A stretch of DNA of 32,000 nt, taken from positions 66,096 to 98,095 of the forward strand of contig NW_008806297.1 in NCBI RefSeq assembly GCF_000400465.1. The letters are read 5' to 3'. Below are positions 22,383 to 32,000 of the stretch, in pieces. The notes under the pieces were generated by a model. The model was not told where the DNA came from, made no database searches, and saw only the letters and a program-made list of their open reading frames with translations. Source of the DNA: Wallemia ichthyophaga EXF-994 (taxonomy: Eukaryota > Fungi > Basidiomycota). Within the stretch, counting starts at the first letter, position 1; each line of letters starts with the position of its first letter. Position numbers and translations under genes: made by a program.

Positions 22383-23288
22383 CTATTGCTGCATGCGCTC
22401 ACCATCTAATCTCATCTGCAACGCCTTCAACTGGTCAAGAGCACGACGTTCGCCAGCAAACGCCTCATCTCTCTCCATCCTCAGCGCATCCTTCTCCTTC
22501 TCAATCTCATTAACCTTATCTTCGAGTAACTCAAACGCCTCCCTTTTCCTCTGTCTTGAAAGGAACGCTGCTGCTCTATTTTTCAACAATCTAGCCTCCT
22601 TTTTAGGCAAGTTGGACGTGTCTGGCGGGACGAACTGCGACGAATGTGCTGTTTTCTGTATCTTTGGTAGTTCTATATTCTCCAATTCCGCGTCCATGAC
22701 TGAGGATCTTCTGCTACTCGTTGATCCCGCTGGAGAGACTGATCTTTTGCGCTTGATTTGTGGGGAAAGTGCCTTTTGTTTCGACTTGCTCCCACCTGCA
22801 TTCTTCCTAGAAGAGCGTTTGGGGGTGGGTTTAGTGGTTGCATCGCTGTCGTCGTCTGAGGCTGAGGCATATGCTGAGTCTAGTTCTACGTGCTGGTCAT
22901 GATGCTGATGCTGCTGTTGCTGCTCTTGCTCCGGTTGCTCTGACTGCTCTTTCTCCACCTGCTCCTCCGATCCATGTGGGTGAATCGATGGATTGGACAG
23001 AGCTGCTGGTGGTTGGAAGAACATGCTCGGTGGCAAACTCTCTACGGGGACAATCTCATCCATCGGCTCCGTCTTTATTTGCGGGGTGTTTCGGTTGTAA
23101 TCGAACCACGAGTAAGGGAGATCGCTGTCTATAGATTCACCGCCCTGATGCGGAGATAAGAAATCGTGAAAACTGTCGTAGTCGACGTTGTTGTGCGGGT
23201 TCTTGAGATTGGCTGCGGATTGAGTAAATGCGTCGAGATCACTGCCAAGGAGATTGCTGAGATCAAAGTTCTCCAATGTAAATGCCAT
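22383..23288 (-). CDS. bZIP transcription factor (CREB/ATF-like basic region), 301 aa
   Basis: Basic region KKEARLLKNRAAAFLSRQRKRE followed by a heptad zipper (LEDKVNEIEKEKDALRMER). Confidence 0.88.
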   Translation of the reverse strand: MAFTLENFDLSNLLGSDLDAFTQSAANLKNPHNNVDYDSFHDFLSPHQGGESIDSDLPYSWFDYNRNTPQIKTEPMDEIVPVESLPPSMFFQPPAALSNPSIHPHGSEEQVEKEQSEQPEQEQQQQHQHHDQHVELDSAYASASDDDSDATTKPTPKRSSRKNAGGSKSKQKALSPQIKRKRSVSPAGSTSSRRSSVMDAELENIELPKIQKTAHSSQFVPPDTSNLPKKEARLLKNRAAAFLSRQRKREAFELLEDKVNEIEKEKDALRMERDEAFAGERRALDQLKALQMRLDGERMQQ

Positions 23289-23640
23289 CTCTCAAATCTC
23301 CAAATTTAATTTAGATAATGGTCGTCTAAGCGTAAGAGTGTTTACCCCAAGGAACACAATAAATGCAGTGCAGCCTAAAGAATTGTTCGACGTCTAAGTG
23401 ACAGCCGTCAAATGTGATATTTTATTTTTAATTCTAGAAATATTACTAGTCTATTAAACATCTTCACTGATTCTGTATTTGGTTTGGAATTCGGTATGTT
23501 CGGAGCGCGTGACTTTATCGAGGCGGCCGTGCGTATTCATTGGCTTACATTGAATATTTTACGCCTCTTATTTTTATTAAATAGGGAAATTTCTTAAACT
23601 CTACATTGAATTCTTACCTCGGAATTGGTTAGAACGATAA

Positions 23641-23700
23641 CACAGATTCAGACTATTTGTGATAAGGTGGATAGTCGATAGGGAAACAGCCCTGACACTG
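23641..23700 (+). pseudogene. Short fragment resembling organellar/bacterial-type LSU rRNA; probable mitochondrial rnl NUMT
   Basis: CAGACTATTTGTGATAAGGTGGATAGTCGATAGGGAAACAGCCCTGAC follows the 23S/rnl pattern ...GTGNTAA(C/G)G...GNNAGGGAAACA(A/G)CCCAGAC, as recalled from memory. The stem ACTATTT/GGATAGT and the hairpin GGG-AAACAG-CCC are both intact. Confidence 0.7.
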
Positions 23701-23823
23701 TTAAAATTCTTGTATTTTCATTAATCATATAGTAATCTCCTTCATTTGCATAGACTAGTTGATAATTTTAGCTAAATAATGTATCCATCGGGTATATGTA
23801 CAATCCAATTAATCCAATCTATC

Positions 23824-25003
23824 CTATATGATTCCTTTGTAATACTCGTTCTCACTGAATATTGAATCTGTACGCGAATTTGTGCGCAAACTGACGCCCG
23901 CGTCCGTCTGCCTATTCTGCTGCTTATAGCTGTATCCTGCATCCACACCTCTCCTCACTGCAGGAACTGGTGTAGTCAAGTCTGTTTTGCTGTAAATGCT
24001 ATCCTCATCAAGGTGAGTCAAGTTATTCAGTGGCTGGGATCCTCTTTGACTATGCTGCCCAACCCTTCCACTACTCGCCGCATTAAGTCCTGCTCCCGTG
24101 ATTGAGCCTGTATACGGCACTGGGATGTATGTTTTATCGAGATCGTTTGTCCTGTTCTGCGTCGACTCATCGTCGTCAATCTCGAATACACTATCTGTAC
24201 CTTTAACTTTGGGTACGCCTTGAGCGCGCATCATTAAACGTCTTCTGCGCGCAGCTGTTGAGGAGCGTCTACACCAAAAGAGAACAGCGACTGCGATGAC
24301 AATGGCTACTGCTGCAACACTACCGAGTGTACCCCCCACGACTGCACCAACTGAGTAATTATGGTCGCCATCTTCTGATGAATTCTCTTCATTGCTTTTA
24401 CCGTTTTTATCGGATGGTTTACCCTGGTTGTTCGTCTCAGTGGGGGTAGGGTGGTCGGATGCATACGACTCTGCATTTTCATATGACCAATTGCCGCTCG
24501 CTGGTACTGGTATGGTGGCCCATGGCGGTACAGCAACATTATCGGTGACCTTGGAGGGGAATTGATCCGAGATATCTAAACCATTATTCCTGCACTTGTA
24601 GAAGAAATCATCCACACTGGTTTCGCGGTTGTGATTGCCTGTGCCACAAAATACACAAGCTTCGGCTAGATTGTAGTAAGGCACAGAACACTCGCAGCTG
24701 TCTGGATCAGCGTGATAAGTAGAGTCGTCTGTGCTGAGACCTCGAGGAGTGGCTGTAGAGTGTTATTCAAGGTTACTGAAAGCTATCTCGCTATTTCAAA
24801 CCCAGCTCACCTTGACGATTACAAACTTGAGCTGTATATGCCATTACAGAGCAAGGATTCTCATTATTAGTTAGCCACCAGGAAATATCTTCAGCTTGAT
24901 AAACACATTGAATAGAACCACCAGCAGCAACAGCGGCAAGAGAAATGAAAAGAAGGAGTGTGGTTATTTTGAATGTAAAACGAATGACGTTTTCGAACTT
25001 CAT
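23824..25003 (-). CDS. Type I membrane protein with signal peptide and Cys-rich ectodomain, about 373 aa (exons 25003-24811, 24752-23824)
   Basis: Hydrophobic N-terminus TTLLLFISLAAVAAG, Cys pattern (QCVY...NPCSV...VCN|...SCECSVPYYNLAEACVFC), GxxxG-containing TM VGAVVGGTLGSVAAVAIVIAVAVLFW, then RRR. Intron 24810-24753 is phase 1. Confidence 0.75.
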
Positions 25004-25347
25004 TTAAGAGCTCTTTATCGCTTTTTATCGGGTTTTTAGATTTTTTGGAGAATCTATCTGGTCGAAGCCCTAGAGAAGGGGGAATGGCATCAGAGGACAT
25101 ATTGGGGAGTGAGCGGAATGTGCCACAGCTAGATAGAAGCGTATACAAGTATTTTATAAGCGCTTTCAATCATTTACAAGTATATTTCATATTGCAAATA
25201 TATCTTGAAGCAACCAACATAATTGAGGAGATGTTTGAATACCTGTAATCACATTTGAATTCGCTAATTAAATCTGTTGCCAGATTTATATTTCATCTTC
25301 TATTCACCTAAACGTCCTTTCACCAACTTGCTCCAATACCACCACGC

Positions 25348-26951
25348 ATGCACGGCAAAGATATTCGCGACGGTATTTTAATTACCGCTGTTGAGTGGGT
25401 GGTGACGTACCTTTTGTCTCTATTTAACGCGTTTTTAGAATTTTATCTTTCACGCTAGCGCGCAACTTCTTACTGCGATCTTTATCCCCCACCCTTAAAG
25501 ACGCTTCACAGAGCAAATCCAATGACGACGACGACGATGAGCAGCCAAACGCGCCGCTTCTGCCGACACTCAAATCCACGCTTTCCAAACCGCTGATTCC
25601 CTTCATCAAGTCCAAGCTCAGCGCAGTTACCTCCCTCAATCACGTCGCATCTGGCTTGATCTTATCGCGCTGGGCTTTCTCAATGGTGTTTGCACAAGCC
25701 AGCAAAATCATTTTCATAGCCATCCTCAACGCTCTCAACCTCCTCCACACTCCTGCTGTCGATGTCGCCTTCAAAATCTCCTTAGGACTCCTTCTCCTCT
25801 TCGTAATCGCTCTGATTCCCTACTTGCAGTGTTTCCTCTTTGTCAGGCTCCGTCAAGCTTCCACTGCTATCCTAGATTATCAACCACCTATAATCCGCAC
25901 TATCAAAATCAGTCTCATCCCTTTCCTCGCCTACGTTCTCCTCTTCTCCACTATCCCTCTCCCTCTATCCACAACCAACAGCCTCTTTGGTAAGGCTATC
26001 GTACGCAGTGTCGGTCTTGGTGTCATCATTCTCGCTGTTTTGTCCGGTTTCAGTGTTGTTTCTACCACCTTCAACTTTCTCCGAGCCGTCTCTAAGCGTA
26101 ATTGGCTGCCTGTTTCACACGAAGACATTGAAAACTCGGAAAAAGCTCTTATGCACGTCCAGTCTCAACTAAATGACGTGCGTTCGAAAGTACATAGTGC
26201 GCAAGTCGCAGCGAGTGCCAAGATGGAACAAGATGGCGCAGGTGCAGGTTCCAGTGCCTCCATTATACCCGCCTGGGTTACATCATGGACTCAATCTTCC
26301 GCCGTCCCTGCTCCTCTACGCACCGAACTCAACGGCCTCACCAGCCTCGAGGAGCAGATGAGGGCTGACCTCGCTGAACTAAAATTCAAACATCAAAGAC
26401 AGGAGTTTTCACGCACTATCAAGGGTAAAGTGTACATGGTGCTTGGCTACACTTTCGCCGTGTACTGCATCACGCGCGTCCTGGTCTCACTCTTCAATCT
26501 CATGTTCAGACACAGTCATACAGAGAGCACCCCCGACTACCTCTCGATCCTACTCGGTAAGGTTTTGTCGAGGTTGTTCGGTGTAAGGGAGTCAGAAGAC
26601 GTCTATTCCAAGCAGATCTCTGTCGTTTCTGTAGGCGCCATCATCGTCTCTAACACTAAAGCTCTTTTATTAGTGGTGAGGAAGATATTCAAGAAAGTCT
26701 CCGGTACGACGAACATCGCCCAGAATGAAGATGATAGTGGTAGTACTAAAATATTCTTGATCTTCTTACTCGCTCAGCTGATGGGTTCTTTCTTCCTCAC
26801 TATGCTCGTACAGCTCAATAGCTCTCTCAGCAGCAATACCAATTTTAGCGTTCTCGCTGATATGCTGCCCGCTGTCGACCTCTTTGGTACCGCTTTCGAC
26901 GCGCCTTTCGTTATTAGCGTTGCACTCACCACTATCGTCAAGAAGATGTAG
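25348..26951 (+). CDS. GPR89: GPR89/GPHR (Golgi pH regulator / ABA-GPCR-like) multi-pass membrane protein, about 519 aa (exons 25348-25394, 25439-26951)
   Basis: GVIILAVLSGFSVV, coiled loop, TIKGKVYMVLGYTFAVYCITRV, PDYLS, SKQISVVSVGAII and LLAQLMGSFF segments in the GPR89 order. Intron 25395-25438 extends the ORF 5' in frame. Confidence 0.8.
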
Positions 26952-27116
26952 CTAGAGTGCGCGTGGGTTTGCGTCGCGGGGATAAAAATTTCTTGACCTT
27001 TTTTCCAACTCGTTTGGTTTGCTTTTTAGACGGTTATAGATTTACATAAATAAATGTATTATTATGGACTTTACTTTTTCAAGGCACATCAACATGAATA
27101 ATGAATACAAAAACAC

Positions 27117-28271
27117 TTAAGCAACAAACTGTTTCAGCTTTGCAATTGCGCCCTTGTTCATGAACATTTGAAGATTGGTCCACGTAAGCGTCATTTTGCT
27201 ATTAGCTTCGTCGTGCATCCACTTCTCATAATCTTGAACGGCGAGTAGCTGGTTTTCTTTATGTGAGACAAGCGACTGAGCCAGTTTGTGCGCTTGAATG
27301 AGAGCCAAATTGACGCCCTGTCCAGCAAAAGGTGTCTGCAAACTTGCTGCGTCGCCCACCACTGTGATTGAAGGTTTCGACTCCCACATTATTCCCGATG
27401 GCAGCATATACATTGCTCTCTTGAAAATATCAATATTAAGTGCTCTGACGACGCCATGGAGCTTAGGCGACCAGTCTTTGATGTCATCGAGCATCGCAGC
27501 GCGCAGTGCACTCGGCTCCTCAATGCCCGCCTCCCTCGCCCACGCCTCCGGCTTGGATTTGTACACATACACTTTGTAGCAGTCTCCGCTGTTTTTCTGT
27601 ATCACCATAAGCCCGTCTGTCTCCGCGAGGATGAATGTGGTGCCGTTGCAGAAGACATCGGAGAAATCCTCTTGTGCCTGTTTCACACTCGCGTCCCTTA
27701 AGTTGCCTTCATAACAACTGACACCGGAGTAGAAGGGAGGGATGGTGTGCAGGAGTGGTCTGACCTTGGACCACGCACCATCCGCGCCGACGACCAGGTC
27801 GAATGAGTGTTTGTTACCGTCAAAGTGGATGGTGGCTGGGCTACCTTGAGTGGCTTGCTCCACCTTGTCCACTTTGGTATCCCACCTGATTACGCCTTCT
27901 GGGAGGGCGTCGCAGAGAAAATGTCTCAGTGCAGTTCTGTCTATCTCCGGCTTATTCTTATTGTTATTCTCATTTTCATTCTTGTATCCGCTTTCGGCCC
28001 TCATATGCACATGCTTAGAGGCGTGCTTGTCTAATATAACGTCCTCTTGGTCACCACACCTCGCGTGCAGGGCAAACTGCTCATACACCCCCGCCGCTCT
28101 CAGCGCCTCTTGCGCCTCCACGTGCACATCTAAACTACCCCCTTGCGGCTTAGCATTGATGTGCGCATCTCTCTCAAACACCTGCACGTCTAAGTCAGTG
28201 TGCTGGATGAGGGTGTTCGCTAAACAGAGTCCTGCGGGGCCGGCTCCGATGATTGCTAATTTCTTGGTCAT
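27117..28271 (-). CDS. FAD-dependent monooxygenase, TetX-like, 384 aa, intronless
   Basis: GAGPAG Rossmann motif, GGSLDVH, KPEIDR, DLVVGADG and GDAA...PFAGQGVN, which match TetX-family signatures. Confidence 0.85.
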   Translation of the reverse strand: MTKKLAIIGAGPAGLCLANTLIQHTDLDVQVFERDAHINAKPQGGSLDVHVEAQEALRAAGVYEQFALHARCGDQEDVILDKHASKHVHMRAESGYKNENENNNKNKPEIDRTALRHFLCDALPEGVIRWDTKVDKVEQATQGSPATIHFDGNKHSFDLVVGADGAWSKVRPLLHTIPPFYSGVSCYEGNLRDASVKQAQEDFSDVFCNGTTFILAETDGLMVIQKNSGDCYKVYVYKSKPEAWAREAGIEEPSALRAAMLDDIKDWSPKLHGVVRALNIDIFKRAMYMLPSGIMWESKPSITVVGDAASLQTPFAGQGVNLALIQAHKLAQSLVSHKENQLLAVQDYEKWMHDEANSKMTLTWTNLQMFMNKGAIAKLKQFVA

Positions 28272-31200
28272 GGTGATGATTAAATGATACTTTGCATATT
28301 TATCTAGTCAGTTGTGTCGGAACTTTTTGATATGCCTCACACCCCACAAGCCATGCCCACTTGCCCGATAAGCACAGCCGCTTCGAATTTCAGGTCATGT
28401 GCAGGTTGAAGCGATAAAATCCACAATTGAAGGAGGCTTCAGTGATATTATTACTGCATATTGACTAAGCCGACAAAAATAACTCACCACATCTTGACGC
28501 TTACCCAATCAAAACTGTATCAGACACGATTAAACAATTCATGTGGTGCTGCGTCAAGTAGTGACCTATTCTTTGTAACTTTACTGCTGTTTTGCTTGTC
28601 TTGGGAGACATCCTTCTTTTGAAAAGACCATTACTTTTACCAGCAGCGACAGCCGCAAGATAAACATTGGGATTCTGATATGACATCAAGACCTTCATAT
28701 TGATTAAAGAGGCCTAATGAGTCAAAGAAGGTCGATGACCGAACAGCGCGTCTGACGCTTTCTTCAAGCTATCACGGAACGCGTCTGTTTGACACTGATT
28801 CAAATTGCTCTCATTGTGAAGGCAATGCATCGCAAATTATTCCATGTGACTTTTATTATTGTGGAGTAAAATCTGGTTTTTTATCCTTAAAAAATCGCCT
28901 GGCGCGATCTTCACTGGACCTCACATCGCCACTTTATCACTAGGATATTAGAATGCACTCCATGTTTGTTGCCGGTGTCTTGCTTGCCGATGCCTTCAAG
29001 AGGCGTGGTAAGTATGCTTTATGTCGCAACTCTTTGGCTCATTTCACCTCTTCAAGCGTTCATCAAAACATTCAAATGAGCAGGCCTCATCTGCTTCTAC
29101 GACCGCCATAGAAACTACTGCCACTGCCACTGCCTCTTATTTAATGGACTTTCGACTCAGTGACTTTAATCCATTCGAAAATCGCTCTTTCATCTCTTCA
29201 AAGACATCCTCAACAGTATCCGCATTTGCATCTGCAAATATATCTACAGATGCCTTTGTAAATATTTCCTCAAGAGAATTTTCAACTACGACTAATGAGA
29301 AATGCAACAACGCCTACAACGTACCTTTCAACACGCTCATCACCAGCACATGTTAGGGCTTAAAAATATTCGCCAATCTATCAACAATCTCACTTTACTC
29401 CTCAATTGAACAAATATCCCTCAACGATGGATAAGACGAAGGCGAAGACGATGACTACACACCACAATACAGCCTTCTCACAAATGCCTTTGTTAAGAAT
29501 TACGATACCCTACTATGCAAGGATATCACTGGTGAAATCACTAGATAGATTATTTTTGTTTTGTTTTGTTATAATATTTATGAATGTTATCAGTGTAATT
29601 TATACAAATTGTGACACCGCCACTTCTCTTATAAGCTGCATTTTAGCTGTACTGTCCGCTGTAGCTATTGATATGGTAGAGAAGCAGCCTTTCTCTGTAA
29701 ATTCCAATAAATGTCTAGTGATAATCAGCTGAAACCTTATTGCTTTTGTCTTTGTTTGTGGCCAATTTTTGAAGACAATGATTGAGGGGATATGGATTAA
29801 ACACAGCTGGACGCTCTTCACAGCTGGCGTTGGTGCTGCTGTCTTATATCCTTATCAAATGTCAGCTTCTGCACTTATGAAACTTCGAAAAACGCGCCTC
29901 GGTCATATAGCACGCGTACAAGACCCCCGCGCATGCTGTGAGTTGATTGAGGGATTTACTTTCGCCTAAGAAATATCTACGACAGAATGAGCTACCAAAG
30001 TACTCCAAATTATCTGCTACTATCTTATGGCTTGCGTCCGCCAGATGGCCCCGCGTCTGAGATTCATGGCTGCTTGCACAGGCATAACTCGCTCAAAAAG
30101 AATCGATATAATTAGAAATAAACATACTCGCATATATAAGTGAGCTCTATGGAGCTCACATATTCATTTTTAATATACATTTTTGTGTGCATTCTGGAAT
30201 ATAATCGTCCTGATATGCTGAACAACATGACCTTTTGTACAAATCAATAAATATTGCCAAATCCCAATCATAAATGCATCAAATTAAAGCTGAAACTTAT
30301 GATAGTCTACCATTATATTTATCTCTCACCTAAATCATCACATCTTTTAGTAATCGACCTGGTCGAGGAGGTCTGCACTTACCAAATACGGAAAGAGGAG
30401 CAAAAAATGTTATTCATGGTATTTAAAAGCCGATTCTATAGTATAAATCCTTATATCAGCTCAAAGCTACCTTTCATTTGCTATCGCTGAAATTGCGTCA
30501 TCTCAAATTCAGCTGGTAAAGCTGGAAAAGCAAGGAAAATAAGCTCTGCTGCGTTGTTCTAGGATATTGATTCCTCGCTACGGCATATCTCCCTCTACTT
30601 CTAACTTTCGGCTTAGTTGGTGGAGGGAGTAAGATATATCAGAACTTCCCACGGCAAACATATAAAAGCCTCACTGTTATTCTATTGTATCTAAACTAAT
30701 TACTTTCAATTCTATCTATCTGTTTAGCTGTGTACAGAGCTCTTCAAAATGGGAATTAGTACATCTCCCCGATAGCTCCATTCACTCGCTTCTGCCCACT
30801 ACCCCAACACTTGTACCAAAATCACTATCCCGAAGACAATTTAAAAGTATGCGAATCTTCTGCTTGTGTTTTTTATTACTTTATAAAATCGTGCCCATTC
30901 GCTCGGTCTTCTTTTTTTTTCATCAATTGCTCATGAGCCCGATAAGACATTGACTTAAATTCTGCAACAGAATATTCGAGCGCTGTTTATTGATATCTAG
31001 ATCAATTTGAAACTATGGTGTCTTCATGCGCACTGCCCACTTGATTAGAACTATGAATCGACGTTGGAAGTTAAACCAGTACAGTCATTAATTGGCTACT
31101 ACGTCGATGAAAAAGGTCCTAGCTGATGTGTTATCTTGAAATATACATCTTTAAACTACCCTAAATCGTCAAATAAGTGCACAAAGAAATCTAGCACTGA

Positions 31201-32000
31201 CAAGGAGCACTATATTCTAATAATAATTTATTTCTCGGCTTATGATAACTTCTCACCATCCTTTTATCGTCTATTCAGCCAATAATCTGATTTGATTTCA
31301 CTCCGGAACATGCAATAGAGGTGACACAAAGTAGATGACGCTTTTCTACAATAATCTTGATTATCATAGGCTGGAAAACGATGCAATCATGCAAATATCT
31401 TAATTATTGACCATTTCAGACGCGTTTTGATTTTTCGACGCGTAGCGTCCCTAGGACTCAATGACGACTCCAAGTAAAAAGTAAGACAATCCGCCATAAT
31501 TAGGCGTTCATTAAATGTTTCATGCAAACACCAAGTCTGAAATCGGGACTTTGGTATCACCAGGTGCATTTCGAATAATCATTATATTAAGGCGGAGGTG
31601 GTACGGCAAGAGTTTGAATCGTGGAGAGCAGTGAATTGTAAGCGAGTGTCTTTAAATCTCAAATTTTACCCTGCGACCTACAACGCCCAGCTTAACTAGC
31701 GAAGAGTGTTACACAGCTTTAGACACGATTAGCACCTCTTCGAACCTTTCACTCAGCTATTTACTATGGGTTGTCTCTACGACTACTCACGTTTAAATAG
31801 TTACTAGTTATAAGGAGCACATCATTGGAATACGACCGTCTCATTCCATCTCCGTTAAAGGGGCAATACAAAGGCACACATGCGCTCCATTGAAGTGCCT
31901 TAGTCTGATGAAGACTTACGACCATAACCACTCAAATCTCAACATTAAAAACCCTTCAAACTCGTATAGCGTACCCTGCAAAGCATTCATGCATCAAACA

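Noticed and set aside
22319-22420. Hac1/Xbp1-type Ire1-spliced unconventional intron at the bZIP 3' end
   Set aside because: CAG-CAAT is present but forms no convincing 7-nt-loop hairpin and has no partner site, and the basic region is not Hac1/Hxl1-like. A 34-nt GTGAGC...TACTAATAG conventional intron (22402-22369) is conceivable but is shorter than every other intron here.
9093-23288. A functional SREBP/regulated-intramembrane-proteolysis cluster (S2P + MVD1 + bZIP)
   Set aside because: The bZIP has no TM anchor and no SREBP or Scap gene is present. The genes are interspersed with unrelated housekeeping genes, so co-location is probably incidental.
726-28287. Many alternative-frame and antisense ORFs in the supplied track (for example 1507-1839, 5066-5575, 8071-8493, 14331-14966, 19194-19712, 22363-22902, 27850-28287)
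   Set aside because: They are shadows of the real CDSs, often caused by low-complexity repeats, and carry no independent motifs.
30661-30775. TATAAAAG followed by the short ORF MGISTSPR* as a pheromone or peptide gene
   Set aside because: It is only 8 codons, has no CaaX or repeat structure, and nothing else supports it.
31536-31700. Protein-kinase remnant (DFGITR, Gly-rich GGGGTARV) with a GTAAGC...CAG intron-like segment
   Set aside because: No HRD/catalytic-loop or APE motif lies at the right spacing, the motif order is wrong, and frameshifts would be needed.
1-32000. CRISPR arrays, transposase/reverse-transcriptase genes, LTRs or TIRs, telomeric repeats, or a secondary-metabolite cluster
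   Set aside because: None seen. The repeats present are short coding microsatellites or AT-rich promoter repeats.

Overview
This is a gene-dense fungal nuclear sequence with short GT-AG introns. I traced 22 of them by hand (43-73 nt) with CTAAC/CTGAC-like branch sites. That architecture and gene content suggest a compact basidiomycete, possibly Wallemia-like (inference, not verified). Bases 1-28.3 kb hold 16 protein-coding genes: an STE7-type MAP2K (3' part), an ELL-like elongation factor, an orphan single-pass membrane protein, a kinesin-4-like motor, a site-2 protease, a BLI-3-like protein, DBF4, MVD1, MAK5, DAD1, a GST, a CUE-domain protein, a bZIP factor, a Cys-rich single-pass protein, GPR89/GPHR and a TetX-like flavin monooxygenase. 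Two intron-containing tRNAs (Ser-CGA, Val-AAC) lie in the same stretch. Bases 28.3-32 kb are AT-richer and have no gene I can identify. I found no convincing novel multi-gene system. The best oddities are: a fragment resembling mitochondrial LSU rRNA (probable NUMT); divergent MVD1/MAK5 start codons only 20 nt apart; a 7-nt tRNA intron with an acceptor-stem-like hairpin just upstream; an MCB triplet at DBF4 that reaches into the MVD1 coding sequence; and an apparent STE7/ELL stop-start overlap. All exon coordinates were derived by eye and lack RNA support.
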